This document shows positions 1 through 11,349 of a DNA stretch of 64,000 nucleotides, piece after piece. This DNA comes from Flectonema sp. DT1601 (Eukaryota): the NCBI GenBank assembly GCA_964019425.1, contig OZ025780.1, positions 372,001 through 436,000 of the forward strand, written 5' to 3'. The position numbers and the translations under genes were made by a program. The stretch's first letter is position 1. Every line of letters begins with the position of its first letter. The notes beneath the pieces were generated by a model, which was not told the origin of the DNA, ran no database searches, and was given only the letters and a program-made list of their open reading frames with translations.

Positions 1-264
1 CGATTTCTTGTAGCCACTACCACATGCTTGCCAGTTATCATCAAGTCCAACAGCTTCGTATCCCAAATCAGCATACGAGGTAGCCTTGCCATCAACAATT
101 CTCTTCCTTTCAGCCATCTTGTCCATTACCATTTCCATTAATGTTTGATTGACTCTACCGGCATAGCAATTCCACGACCTCCATCCCATTGGAGGAGTTA
201 TTCCATATCCATTGTCGATAGCTTGAACTGAAGCTATCACAGAGAGGAATGCAAATGCGCGCAT
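1..264 (-). CDS. GH27 alpha-galactosidase, 5' part (runs off the window start)
   Basis: Not in the ORF track. Manual translation from ATG at 264 gives MRAFAFLSVIASVQAIDNGYGITPPMGWRSWNCY...ADLGYEAVGLDDNWQ: a signal peptide plus the GH27 motifs DNG-x3-TPPMGWxSWN and LDDxW. Confidence 0.92.
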   Translation of the reverse strand, partial: MRAFAFLSVIASVQAIDNGYGITPPMGWRSWNCYAGRVNQTLMEMVMDKMAERKRIVDGKATSYADLGYEAVGLDDNWQACGSGYKKS

Positions 265-574
265 GTTTTGGAATGTGTTTGGGATAGGAACTGAAATGGA
301 AATTGTAAAATACGACTTCATTACATCACACGAAGCAGAGTTAATTGTGAGTAATCCATAAGTGTAACTGTCAAGGGACCTTCCTGTTATGAATAAAATA
401 CGATGATGGCTTTTCTTCTAAATACTTTTTTTAGTTTTAATTTTTTTTCGCTCGAAGTTTTTTTTTTTTTTTGGTTATTGGTGGTGGGAAAAAATTCAAG
501 AAAAAAAACAAGCATAAAGGAAGGAAGAAAGAAGATCAAGAAGAAGAAAAAAAAAACGCTAACGGCAACCTTTC

Positions 575-2203
575 TTATTTTTTCTGAAGTATATTTGTCA
601 CAAACTGATCAGCAATTTTCTTGATCATCGGATTACTACTTTGTAAGAAATCATCTCCAACGCTGGTCACACTCGAAAGACCTGACAAGTCAATTGTTGA
701 AAGCGAATGACAACCACCAATAAATAAATTACCAATAGTCTTCACACTGTTAAGAGATGTTAAGTCCAACTCAGTCAGCGATCTACAATTCGAAAGAAAC
801 GACGAGCCGATCTCACCGACATTACTAAGACCTGATAAATTGAGACTCGTAAGTGAACTACAATTCATAAGAAACTCATCAGCTATTTTTAAAACTTGTG
901 TAAAAAACGACAAGTCCAGTGTGGTAAGTGAATGACAACCACCAATAAATAAATTACCAATAGTCTTCACACTGTTAAGACATGTTAAATCCAACTCAGT
1001 CAGCGATCTACAATTCGAAAGAAACGACGAGCCGATTTCACCGACATTACTAAGACCTGATAAATTGAGACTCGTAAGTGAATTACAATTCATAAGAAAC
1101 TCATCAGCTATTTTTAAAACTTGTGTAAAAAACGACAAGTCCAATGTGGTAAGTGAATGACAAGCTAACATAAATCCCTCATTTATTATAACAATGTTCT
1201 TCAAAAAAGAAAGATCTACAGTCGTTATGGAAGCGCATTGTTTAAGAAAATTACTTCCAACAAACTTCACTGTAGCGCAACTGGGAAACTCAATGTCTGT
1301 GGCAGAAGTGCACGCAGCGAGAAAGAAATCTCCAATCTGGTCAAGTTTGTTGAAGCATGATAAGTTTAAACGGTTTACAGATTTACAGTTCGTCATAAAA
1401 GCGAAGTGGATTACTGTTACAGTAGCGAGAGGAGATAAATTGATTTCTGTTAATGACGGACATTGATAAACGAAATAGGAATCAATTTCAGTAACGTTCT
1501 TGAAACACGACAAATCCAACGAAGGAATTGAAGAACAAAGACTCAAAAGATTATGATCTATTTTAGTTACGTCAATTGAAGCAGGCAAGTGTAAATCCGT
1601 TAGAGCTTCACATCCACAGAGAAAACTACTTCCCACAGATGAAAGACTTAAAGACGATAAGTCTAGAGATGTCAACGTTGAATTTCTAATTAAAAATGAT
1701 CTTCCTATTGATGTTACACTTTGTAACCCATTGAGATCAACCTCTGAAACAGATGAACGATCTAGGAAGGAAATTCCAATCGAGGTAATCGCAGGACTCG
1801 GGTTGCAAAATATTATTTTTTTAATATCTTCTGTCAGCCATTCTGAATTAAAAACAACACACCCATCCTCTGCGAAAGTCAGAGTGTTGACACTGATGTC
1901 TTGATTTGGTGAGTGCTCTCGAATGGCAAGAAGTTTTTTCCTTTTCGATTCGTCTGTAAACCACTCCTTTCCAAAGACCTGCGACACAAAAACCATCAAC
2001 AAGGAACCGTCTTCCAACCCGAAAGACAGCAGAAGACTACCTGACGGAAGTAGTTCTCCTGAATAACAAATCTCCAGAACGCTTGCCTCAATATCCCACT
2101 CATCAGCTGCTGCTGCAGCTGCATCTGCAACAACCGAATCCTTGCCAGCTTCAAACACAACATCGGGAAAATTAGAATCCGACAGCGTTAAGAATAATTG
2201 CAT
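575..2203 (-). CDS. Leucine-rich repeat protein (25-aa, BspA-like repeats) with a ubiquitin-like N-terminal domain
   Basis: 542-aa ORF with repeated SLTxLDLSxLxxVxxIGxxFLxxC units. The N-terminal ~75 aa (LEICYSGELL...LLSFGLEDGSLLMV) resemble a ubiquitin fold. Confidence 0.85.
   Translation of the reverse strand: MQLFLTLSDSNFPDVVFEAGKDSVVADAAAAAADEWDIEASVLEICYSGELLPSGSLLLSFGLEDGSLLMVFVSQVFGKEWFTDESKRKKLLAIREHSPNQDISVNTLTFAEDGCVVFNSEWLTEDIKKIIFCNPSPAITSIGISFLDRSSVSEVDLNGLQSVTSIGRSFLIRNSTLTSLDLSSLSLSSVGSSFLCGCEALTDLHLPASIDVTKIDHNLLSLCSSIPSLDLSCFKNVTEIDSYFVYQCPSLTEINLSPLATVTVIHFAFMTNCKSVNRLNLSCFNKLDQIGDFFLAACTSATDIEFPSCATVKFVGSNFLKQCASITTVDLSFLKNIVIINEGFMLACHSLTTLDLSFFTQVLKIADEFLMNCNSLTSLNLSGLSNVGEIGSSFLSNCRSLTELDLTCLNSVKTIGNLFIGGCHSLTTLDLSFFTQVLKIADEFLMNCSSLTSLNLSGLSNVGEIGSSFLSNCRSLTELDLTSLNSVKTIGNLFIGGCHSLSTIDLSGLSSVTSVGDDFLQSSNPMIKKIADQFVTNILQKK
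705..1162. repeat. Intragenic tandem duplication, 2 x 225 bp (three LRR units each)
   Basis: gaatgacaaccaccaataaat occurs at ~705 and ~930, and a 75-aa block is repeated almost identically in the protein. Confidence 0.9.
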
Positions 2204-2312
2204 TCTTTTTTTTTTAATTTAAATTTCGGATGAACTGAATGAGAATAGAAATATTGTAAAAAAAGAAGATGAAGAAGGGAGAAACAAATAAAAAAAGAAG
2301 CAACAAAAAAAT

Positions 2313-2350
<38 letters not shown>

Positions 2351-2469
2351 TTTGAGCTCATATAACACATCACAATCTACAAAACACCAAAACAAAAACA
2401 ACGAACAGCCAACACTAATAGAAGGCTTCACGATTACTGTACCACGAAGTCTGATAGGTAGACTTGGCT

Positions 2470-3388
2470 CTACCCTTGTGATACCCACTTGAGGTTTTCT
2501 ATCCAATAGGGATGCTCTGTTGTTATTAGTTATTATACACTACAATAGAGTTTTAAAAAAAAAAAAACTAATCATTAAAATGAAATGAAATAAAAAGGGA
2601 ACACACAAACCTTGCAACCTATCTAGTGTTATTCTCTCATGGCCATCTACTGTGAGCATGCGAGAAATTAAGTCGCGGAGATTTGCGGGAAGTTCTTGAG
2701 GGATGGTGTAGCTACCATAACGGACTTTTTGAAGGAGAGAATCGATATTGTCACCGTCAGCATCAAAAGGGAGCGTACCAGTTGTGAGAGCGTAGAGAAT
2801 GACACCACAACTCCAAACATCAGCCGCCGATCCTAAATACCTCTCCGCTTTCATAATTTCAGGACACGAGTAATGCGGAGATCCACACGCCGTTTCTAAA
2901 TAACGATCCTTTGGAATGGCTGAGGCAAGACCAAAATCACCGATTTTCACATTACCAGAATCGTCTAAAAGGATATTTTCTAATTTAAGATCTCTGTGAC
3001 ATATATTCTGAGAATGAAGGTACGCAACAGATGTGATTATTTGATAAAAGTATCGAAATGACTCTTCTGGAGACAGGAGTGACTGAGACACTACATCATA
3101 TAACTCTCCACTCCCAAGGAATTCTAGTATTATAAATAAATGAGTCGATGTTTGCATCACATCGTGCATTTTCATAATGTTTGGATGATTGAGTAATTTC
3201 AAAACCTTAACTTCTCTTTCAACTTTTTGTTTCACAGCAACATCTTCTTGCATTAAATATTTTCTAACTATCTTTACGGCTACCTGTTTGCCAGTTTGTT
3301 TATGTCTTCCCAACTTTACCTTACTGGTGCTACCAGCACCAACTGTGTCTTCTAATACATAGGGTCCGACAAACACCTCTTCACCCAT
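2470..3388 (-). CDS. Ser/Thr kinase, CAMKL (SNF1/BRSK-like); exons 3388-2611 and 2516-2470
   Basis: Motifs GAGSTSKV, VAVK, HRDLKLEN, DFG, TACGSPHY and DVWSCG are present. Removing the intron GTTTGT...ACTAATAACAACAG (2610-2517) restores the typical kinase end LQEHPYW and a TAG stop at 2470. Confidence 0.92.
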
Positions 3389-4212
3389 AAGAGGGTATTG
3401 AGTTTGGGGTCCTGTGTTGAGAAAGAAGTGATAAAAAAAATAAAAAAAAAAAAAAAAAACTATAATAAAAAAAAAAAAGAAAGGGTGTTCAAATTACACA
3501 TTATGATCCCCCTCATGAAACTGTGCATTGAGACATTTTTAAAAGAGAAAAAAAGAAAAATAATAATCCAAATTGAAAAAAAAAAAAAAAAGAGAAAAAA
3601 AAAACGATTCTTCAAGCTACTCCGCAAAGGGAGAAAACAACAAATAAAATAAAGGTATCATAATGGGTGCAGTAACCACTTTGGAAGGGGGGCGGGCAAA
3701 CTGTATGGGATGTGGGATGGAGGGGTCCATATGGAGTTATGTTATATTATCCTTTTTTTTTTTTTTTTTTTTTGTCCCCCATAGCTCTTCTTTTTTGTCT
3801 TTTTTTTTTTTCTTCCCCTAAATCTTTTTGTTCACTACCATATCAAAACATACACAAGTTCGTACCGAGTATATCTTTGACGACATCTCAGAGGGGAAAT
3901 CGTACAGCTACGCACGAAATCAAAACCCCGACGGGTGAAATTAATCTTTAAGGTTGCCACCAAACATTCTTTTTTTTTTTTTCTCTCTGACAATTACGTG
4001 AGCACTCACGTAAATAAACTGTCGAGGACAAGAACTCAGACACATGAGGGAAGGAACAGATACCTGTCAGTACTAATCACAGCCTCAATGTCACTCCACT
4101 ATCCCGTTATCGGATAGGTGTACACCTCTCATTTGAAGTGTCACAGTATTAATAGGGTACAAAAAAAAAAATAAAAGCGAAGTGCTACATTTTGTTGCAG
4201 CGGATTCTAACC

Positions 4213-4437
4213 TGACATCATAAGGTTCTGTCCCCCCTCTGTTTTTTTCAATACTCGAACGCGCTCACATGGCTCGAAAGTGTTGCCTGCGTGCAAACCA
4301 TTCGTAGTTCGCTCTTTCGCGTGCTGAAGGCGCAGTTCCCTTTTAAGAAGGGCGACACTGGATTGGAAGACCAACCAGATAACATCACTCCACCAACCAG
4401 GAGTGGCCATGCAAGAGCTCGTAGACTTATGATGTCA
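4213..4437 (-). ncRNA. Candidate structured non-coding RNA (~225 nt) of unknown class
   Basis: A perfect 12-bp terminal inverted repeat TGACATCATAAG/CTTATGATGTCA encloses at least 5 hairpins. G-U pairs favour the minus strand. No convincing ORF. Confidence 0.5.
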
Positions 4438-5456
4438 ACAACCAGCTCGCGTAGTCCTCTTATTATTCTTTTTGTTTTTGTTTTTGAGAGAAGTATTCCC
4501 TTGCCGAGCGTACAACAATTCAGTTTGCTCGGCGAAAGAGAATAAAATCGTGACCGATGGGTGAGAGGGTCTCCCCAGTATGGATACATTTCGTTCAGCT
4601 TTTTTTTTTTTTGTTATTTCGTTATTTTTTTTTTTTTTTTTTTTTTTTTTGTTAAAGGAACAGAATTGATACAGTTTTGAAGAATGAGGGGGGCAGCTTG
4701 CGAAGTTGGCTTGTGGCCTTGTGGAGAGGGTGGGACAACGCAGCTGCGAACTAAAGAAACGGACGAAGTTATACATGACGTGGATAGAAAAGACTTGTTA
4801 GTACTCAAATAAGCATTTTACAAGCCAATGAAAGCTACTGTTGGCAACTTCATTTTTTATGCGTACGCAAACTCTTTAGTAATTTCCCTGAATTGCTTAT
4901 AGAAGCTTAAGGGTCGATCATCGCTACAACCGAAAGGATGTTCACAGCCTTTCTATTATTATTACCCTTTTCCCTTCCTCCTCTTCGGGATTTAATTTTT
5001 TTTTTTTTTTTTTTTTTTTTTTGACTTCGGATTTTTTATAAGTATTTTCTTGAAAAAAAATATCGAGAAGAGGAACTGAAACAGAATTCCATTGATTTTT
5101 ATGTCGCGTGTCAACACTTTTGCAAGGATTCCGACAGCAAATACGAATCAGCTGCCCTATAGCCTTAAAGGTACCACCAATATGGGGTGTTTACTTCAAA
5201 TTAACCCTGAAAAGTGACAAAACCACAGGCTTGTAACTACTAATACTAAAACCACACTAGACGGAGAGAAACAACGTCAAGGATGAAATAAATTATTTAA
5301 AAAGCGTTGTTTTTACAGCAGAAGAAGAAGAAGAAAAAGAAGCGGGGGGACGAAAAGGGTTGCTGGGCAAAAAAGTACTAAACTTTTTTTTTTTTTTTTT
5401 TTTTTGTAACTACAACAGGATAATAAAAAAAACAAAAAAAATATTTAAATAGGATA

Positions 5457-5490
<34 letters not shown>

Positions 5491-6147
5491 AAATCTAAAC
5501 TAAAAGTCTTGAATTCTCCTTTTGTGAAAATAAAAATAAAAATAAAATAAACAACAACTATCTGAAGCACGACTTCCGCAGGTGCATTCAGAATTTTTCT
5601 CAAATTACCTATTTTTAGCCTAACGAAGTTGAAAATCCACACAAAATACTTAATACAAAATAGGTTGTAGTAGCAATGCGAGACTGGACTCTCCGTTTCT
5701 TATCAGAAACTGAAGAAGTTGAAAAGGGGATGGGGAGTTATTTGGGATTTTTTTTTTTTTTTTTTAAAAAAACTGATCTAAACTAACCTCACGGCAATTT
5801 TTTTTTTTTTTTTTTTTTTTAATATTTTTTGAAACCAAAAAAAAACACTATTTTCAACCGAATTTTTTTTTTAATAAAAACTTAACAACTTAAAAACCAC
5901 GCAGCAACAACAACAAAAAAAAAAAAAGAATGAAAAGAAAAGAAACAACCAACGAAGGCAACAACTGTTACATTCAAGCCAGCCAGCTGATAAATAATAA
6001 AGCATGATACAGCCGTAGGATACCAAAAAAAGGAATTCTCGTTGCTGTCGGATGGAATCGAATCGAATCTTCCCAACAAAAGGTCGATCAAATATGTCAG
6101 CAGATCGATAGTGAGTTGAAAGTCAACAGAAATAGCTGACTATGTAT

Positions 6148-7004
6148 TCAAGGTGATGATGTGTTACACGATGGTGGAAGAGTACAGATACTGAGACGTC
6201 CTCCAACGCTTCCTCTACCACCATAGCTGAAACAACCATCAACAGACATTCGATGATCATAATTCGGTTCAGGACTGAGAGGTAGTCCTCCCTGTGGACG
6301 AGTATTAGTTGGAGGTCGTCTCATCATACCTGAAGAGAACCCTTTTCTCAAAGCAATCAAAGCCTGTCTATCCTCATCAAACGGTGTTCTTGGTAATTGC
6401 TGTCTGTTATGAAGTAATTGACCTCCGTGTGGTTCCTCAAAAGCTCCCCAAATCTTGTCTACTCTAATTGCTTCGTCAGCTTTGAGTAAACCAACATCCC
6501 ACATCTCTGAGAACTGACCACCTAATATAGATTTACACATTTGGTTATCGGTACAGGCTTGCCATACTCTTATAAATGCTACTAAGAAATCACGTTCTTG
6601 ACGAGTATCACATTCGATGTTTACAACTCTGTGAGGGATTTTTATTTTTTTATATTCTAAAACAAAAAAACTACATTACTCAATTACAACAGTAGTTGTT
6701 TTGAATACATACTCTTCAGAGTCGAGTCCTTCAAGTCTGAAGGCTGCGCTATTATCAGAAAGAATACATCGAATTTCGTGTTTACCTCCAAGGGTTCCTG
6801 CAGTGAGTTTTAGTTTTAATTATTTTTTTGTTTTTTTACAAATACAGCACAATAACATACCTGAAAGGATGGTGGCTTCATCCCTCAACGATTGTGGTCT
6901 TTTTATTTTTAAAATCGATTCTCGTAGTTGTAGATACACATTGTGATGTAATTCAGTTCTGTTTTTTTTTTTTTTTTTGATAATAACATCAAAAGATAAA
7001 AGAC

Positions 7005-7036
<32 letters not shown>

Positions 7037-7509
7037 TCATACCCAAAAGTACAGGTAACGTGAGTTGCCATCTGAGACTCGACGAGTTTATCAACGACAG
7101 CAACACCCAGATGTGGTGGCCACTGAATAGTGATTGGTGACGTCTCCAAAGGTTCCCCCTGAGAACCATCAACAGCAACAGGTGTTCCTCTAACCTTTAT
7201 CTGACAGCCTATCTCATCAGCTGTAACATAATAGCAAGAGCTACACCCAGACTCGTCTGGGTATGGCGTGTTCTTTACAACAGGACTCCAATCAACTCCG
7301 TTATTAGATATTAACCAAACGAATATTCCTTCACCTTCCATACCACCTTCATATTGTGCTAGAACTCTTAATTTAGTGAATGCAAATGGTGCGGTATCAC
7401 TTGGATAGTTTATGCAGGTGAAGGCAGGGCGTGAACTTCTTCTTCTGGTTGGGCTATCCCTCCCCGTGGATTCCTTGCAAGAGCTGTGACGAACTGGCGG
7501 AATGTTTCC
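6148..7509 (-). CDS. AIR9/SCAB-like Ig domain + PH-like domain; exons 7509-7043, 6958-6861, 6797-6713, 6628-6148; probably the 3' exons of the ART-ankyrin gene
   Basis: YEGGMEGEGIFVW...YYVTADEIGCQIKVRGTPV matches the A9/Ig repeat pattern. Three GTATG..CAG introns (84, 63 and 84 nt) join the pieces in frame into the ORF ending at 6148. ECDTRQERDFLVAFIR resembles a PH C-terminal helix. Confidence 0.72.
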
Positions 7510-7621
7510 CTTGCTTTTGTTGTTTATTAGAGGTCTTAACAATACAGGGGGGGGGACTTGGATAAATAAATCAAGGTTAACACGGGGGGGACGCGTATTA
7601 GAGTAAAAGATGAAAAGAAAA

Positions 7622-10600
7622 TCAAGCACACACCTCTCTACATAATTCAGCGAACTCCTCTCTCAAGTTAGTGTCAATAGAAGCAGCCTCAGACATGTTA
7701 ACAATACCTGCTATAATCTCACGTATTCCAGTTGCAGGAAGGTAAACTTGTCGACCAGATTTTCCAGAATCAGGAAATCGCAATGCAAGACCCTGAGTTC
7801 CTTTATATAAAGTGATCTGTTTAAAACTTGGACGCTCTTCATCATTCAACGTGTACGTCAACTTGTCTCCCTCAACAGTTATTTTAACTGTTGCTCCAGG
7901 AGCGTTCTTAGCTGGGAGAGTCATTGGATGTCTGAATACAACTTCTTTAACATCGATGTCTGGTAATCCATCCATGTTCTCATCAGTGAAGTTGGGTTTC
8001 AACGACTCAGCACCAGCTCGTCGAAGTGTATTAGCAGTGGTATACCTGTTGTGCATATGGGCAACATCAAGGGCTGAGCCACATTTACTCTCAGCGTTTA
8101 TTATTTTTTCATCAATAAGCAAAGCAACTGATTCTTGATCAGTTTCAAATGCAGCCTTTGCTGAGGCAATATGCAGAGCAGTACAATTTGGTCCTAAAGT
8201 CGGATCCTCCGCAAACAGAGTCACATCAGCACCTGACCTGACCAGAAAACGAACGCACTCATGTCGACAACGAGTTGCAGCAAAGTGAAGAGCAGAGAAT
8301 CCTTTATTTGTTTGAATGTCCATATCGACACCTTCATTATAAAGCCATTCAAGGATTGGTGCCCATCCCTCTTGTGCTGCAGCGTGTGCAGCAGTCATAC
8401 CTGCATAGTCGTGTACATTTAACTTAGCATTTAATTTTCGTAGCACTTCAAGAGTTTGTATAGATCCGACTGCTGCTGCTATCCAAACAGGAGATCTACC
8501 TTGTTGGTTTGCCTTATCAATATCAGCTCCGTATTTTGCTAACAATTCAACTGTCTCACTATGTCCATTGTATGCTGCAATTAGAGGTGCTGATCCTGCG
8601 AAGCTGTCCAGGACGTTGACATCTGCGTAGCACTTTTCAAGCAAATACTGAACCACTTTGTTATTACCAGCATCTGATGCCCACCAGAGAGGAGTAGAAC
8701 CATCAACGTCTGGCTCATCACATTCTGCTCCGAGATCGTTAAGTTTTTCTAATATTCTTAAATGACCGTGATATGCTGCTTCATGAGGTAGTGTCCAACC
8801 GTGACTGTCAGACTGTCGTATCTTTGCTCCAGCACCAAGTAATGCAACGAATCCTTTCATGTCACCGTGACTAGCTGCGAAGTGTAGAGCTGTTCTTCCA
8901 TCACTGTCAGACGAGTCGAGTGGAACTTTTAAGTCTCTCAGATCTTTTATAATCGCGTGATTTCCTGCTTTCACTGCTGCTGTTACTGCAGTTCCATTGT
9001 CTTTAGCACTTCCCTCGACTACTAACCACTCTAAGAATCCTTGTTCTACATTAGGAGAACCACAAGCAGCTGTTAACATACCAGCAGTGTTTAAGTACTT
9101 CAGTTGTTGACTCTTTGCTTTGCGGCATAACAGTTGAATAAGTGGCTGACCATCTCTCATAGTTCCTTGTGTTGCAGCTGCTTTTAGTACAACAGGACTT
9201 GATACAACACTTTCTATGTCTTGAGGATTTATTTCTCGTAGCAGACGCTCTACTGTGTGACGATTAGATGCTGACCAGCTGTGTTCTGCTGCAGCTGCCA
9301 GAGCAACATCAGCCATTGTTCCTGATGAGATTGTAGCTCCTTTTGATAATAAATGAACAGCTCCAGGAGTGTTGTTGTGAACGAGTGCTAAGTGGAGAGG
9401 AGAACGACCGTCAGCATTTATTTCATTAACATCTGCTGCTGATAGTTGGTGAGTTACCATTCTAAGTAACCCAACCAACGATTCATCTTCAACTACGAGA
9501 TGCACAATAGTAACACCTGACTGTCCTCTTGGAGGTAATTCAGTTGTTGGACATCCGAGTACGTATGATTGAGATACAGGATCAAAATTATATCTTCCAA
9601 TTGCTTCTGCAGTTTCAGAAGCCAGTTCCAAGAGATGAACCAATGCAGGTGTGCATGCAGTCTCTACTTCATCCATTGCGTTTAACACGTCTCTCCATAC
9701 AACAAGTCTGACTTCACACATCGCAATAATGTCGATGTTTTCTAAGTTACAACACATTTCTGATGCTAGTAGAGTTTCAACAGCACTGCTGATTCTGTCA
9801 GATGTACGAAATTGAGTGTTGCACGGGAATACGATTTCTGATTCACCTGGACAACAAGAAAGAGCAGACACATCTCGTCCATTCAAAGATTGAATAACAA
9901 GTAATGATCCCCTCGGTTTACCCTGAGCCACATCCACTCCTTCTAATAATAAAGAAGGTCTACTTGTAGTGCTTGTTGGATTTTGCCATGTCACTACATG
10001 CCCAGGAGCGTATATCGAATTTATATAACGTTTGTCATTATCTAAAGAGTGATTTATGGTAAGTCGGGTACCCAGAGCCTTGAAAGCGATCTTTTGATAT
10101 TTAGGAAGGGTTAATAATTCCCTGTGAAGAAGGGTTTCAAATGACTTGTACTTCTTATAATCTTCAACAGGATCGATGTATTGGTCAGGAAGATGACTTT
10201 GAACATTACCTGAAATGTTCTTCATTATGTTGTTTGCTTCCATTATTGGTGAAGCGAGAGTGAAGGCAGCAATAGATGGGTGAGATGAACTAATTTTTGA
10301 CGCTTTTCTGAAAACGTCTTCCCACGTAGTAGGTTTACCGCCGATAACTCTTTCTCCAGGTGTAAAGAATATCCCATCACTGTTACATTGATATCCGAGT
10401 TGTGTTCCTTCCGGCATTGCTTGTTGGAGAGCATCAGATAGAGTGACTCTACGAGCTCGGGATATCAATCCGGAAGCTTGTCCATAATCTATTGAAGGAG
10501 GTTGACCATGTGTTACGTATCGTGTTGCTCTTCCTTTTCCAATAGATCCGACGTTAACAGTTTCCAGTTGTATAAAAGATCTGGGGCTTCCTAACCCCTT

Positions 10601-10783
10601 CGCTCTCGGTGATAGTTTCGGTTGTCCATTGTCAGCACCATTACTGGGTTCTGCTGTTTGTAGTTTCTTCTTCAACGATTTGTTCTCTGCTTGCAGTCGG
10701 TTTACTTCGGCAGCATTGCCACCGCCTCCTCCTCCTCCTCCGCCACCACTCCGTACCGCGGGTTTGCTATCACTACAACCCAT
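7622..10783 (-). CDS. N-acylated protein with an ADP-ribosyltransferase-like domain and ankyrin repeats (likely continues via intron 7633-7510)
   Basis: MGC N-terminus (myristoylation/palmitoylation motif). ART-like segment IAFKAL..GHVVTWQNPTSTT..GRDVSALSCCPGESEIVFPCNTQF. About ten ankyrin repeats (GRTALHFAA, GWTLPHEAA, GFSALHFAA). Confidence 0.88.
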   Translation of the reverse strand: MGCSDSKPAVRSGGGGGGGGGGNAAEVNRLQAENKSLKKKLQTAEPSNGADNGQPKLSPRAKGLGSPRSFIQLETVNVGSIGKGRATRYVTHGQPPSIDYGQASGLISRARRVTLSDALQQAMPEGTQLGYQCNSDGIFFTPGERVIGGKPTTWEDVFRKASKISSSHPSIAAFTLASPIMEANNIMKNISGNVQSHLPDQYIDPVEDYKKYKSFETLLHRELLTLPKYQKIAFKALGTRLTINHSLDNDKRYINSIYAPGHVVTWQNPTSTTSRPSLLLEGVDVAQGKPRGSLLVIQSLNGRDVSALSCCPGESEIVFPCNTQFRTSDRISSAVETLLASEMCCNLENIDIIAMCEVRLVVWRDVLNAMDEVETACTPALVHLLELASETAEAIGRYNFDPVSQSYVLGCPTTELPPRGQSGVTIVHLVVEDESLVGLLRMVTHQLSAADVNEINADGRSPLHLALVHNNTPGAVHLLSKGATISSGTMADVALAAAAEHSWSASNRHTVERLLREINPQDIESVVSSPVVLKAAATQGTMRDGQPLIQLLCRKAKSQQLKYLNTAGMLTAACGSPNVEQGFLEWLVVEGSAKDNGTAVTAAVKAGNHAIIKDLRDLKVPLDSSDSDGRTALHFAASHGDMKGFVALLGAGAKIRQSDSHGWTLPHEAAYHGHLRILEKLNDLGAECDEPDVDGSTPLWWASDAGNNKVVQYLLEKCYADVNVLDSFAGSAPLIAAYNGHSETVELLAKYGADIDKANQQGRSPVWIAAAVGSIQTLEVLRKLNAKLNVHDYAGMTAAHAAAQEGWAPILEWLYNEGVDMDIQTNKGFSALHFAATRCRHECVRFLVRSGADVTLFAEDPTLGPNCTALHIASAKAAFETDQESVALLIDEKIINAESKCGSALDVAHMHNRYTTANTLRRAGAESLKPNFTDENMDGLPDIDVKEVVFRHPMTLPAKNAPGATVKITVEGDKLTYTLNDEERPSFKQITLYKGTQGLALRFPDSGKSGRQVYLPATGIREIIAGIVNMSEAASIDTNLREEFAELCREVCA

Positions 10784-11349
10784 ATTATGCTCAATGCAGA
10801 AGGGGTGAACCCCTCAGCTCTGAATAAAATGTGAGTTTAAATAAAACATTTAAAAAGAAAGGTAAAACTTAAATCATCATTTTTATATTGTCTGAAAAAA
10901 AAAATATAAAAAGAATGAAATTAGGCAAATTATCAAAAGCAACAGAGACAACCTTTTAAAATCTACAATTTCAAAAAAAAAAAAAAATTACTAAAAATTC
11001 TAATTCCGTGGAACAATACAAGATCACGGATTGGATAAGAAAAAAAAATTACAAATTAAATGAGAATAAACTAATAACACAGTCAAAGGGAGGTACGACA
11101 TTTTTAGAAAATAAAAAAAAAAGTACAGCGGTATTAACTACTAATCTAAAAACGAATTGTTGTTAATTATTGAAAAAGGAGGGAGAAAATAAAATATTTT
11201 TTAAATAACATAACAGCATGGTAACATCCCCCTGATGAGATATATTGAGGGTTCGAAACGCTAGCTGAGAGCTCACAACAACAACTGTTGGTGTATAACT
11301 GACAGGTGATAAATTGCGACAGAAGACTCGCAGGATTCTTAAAATAGAA

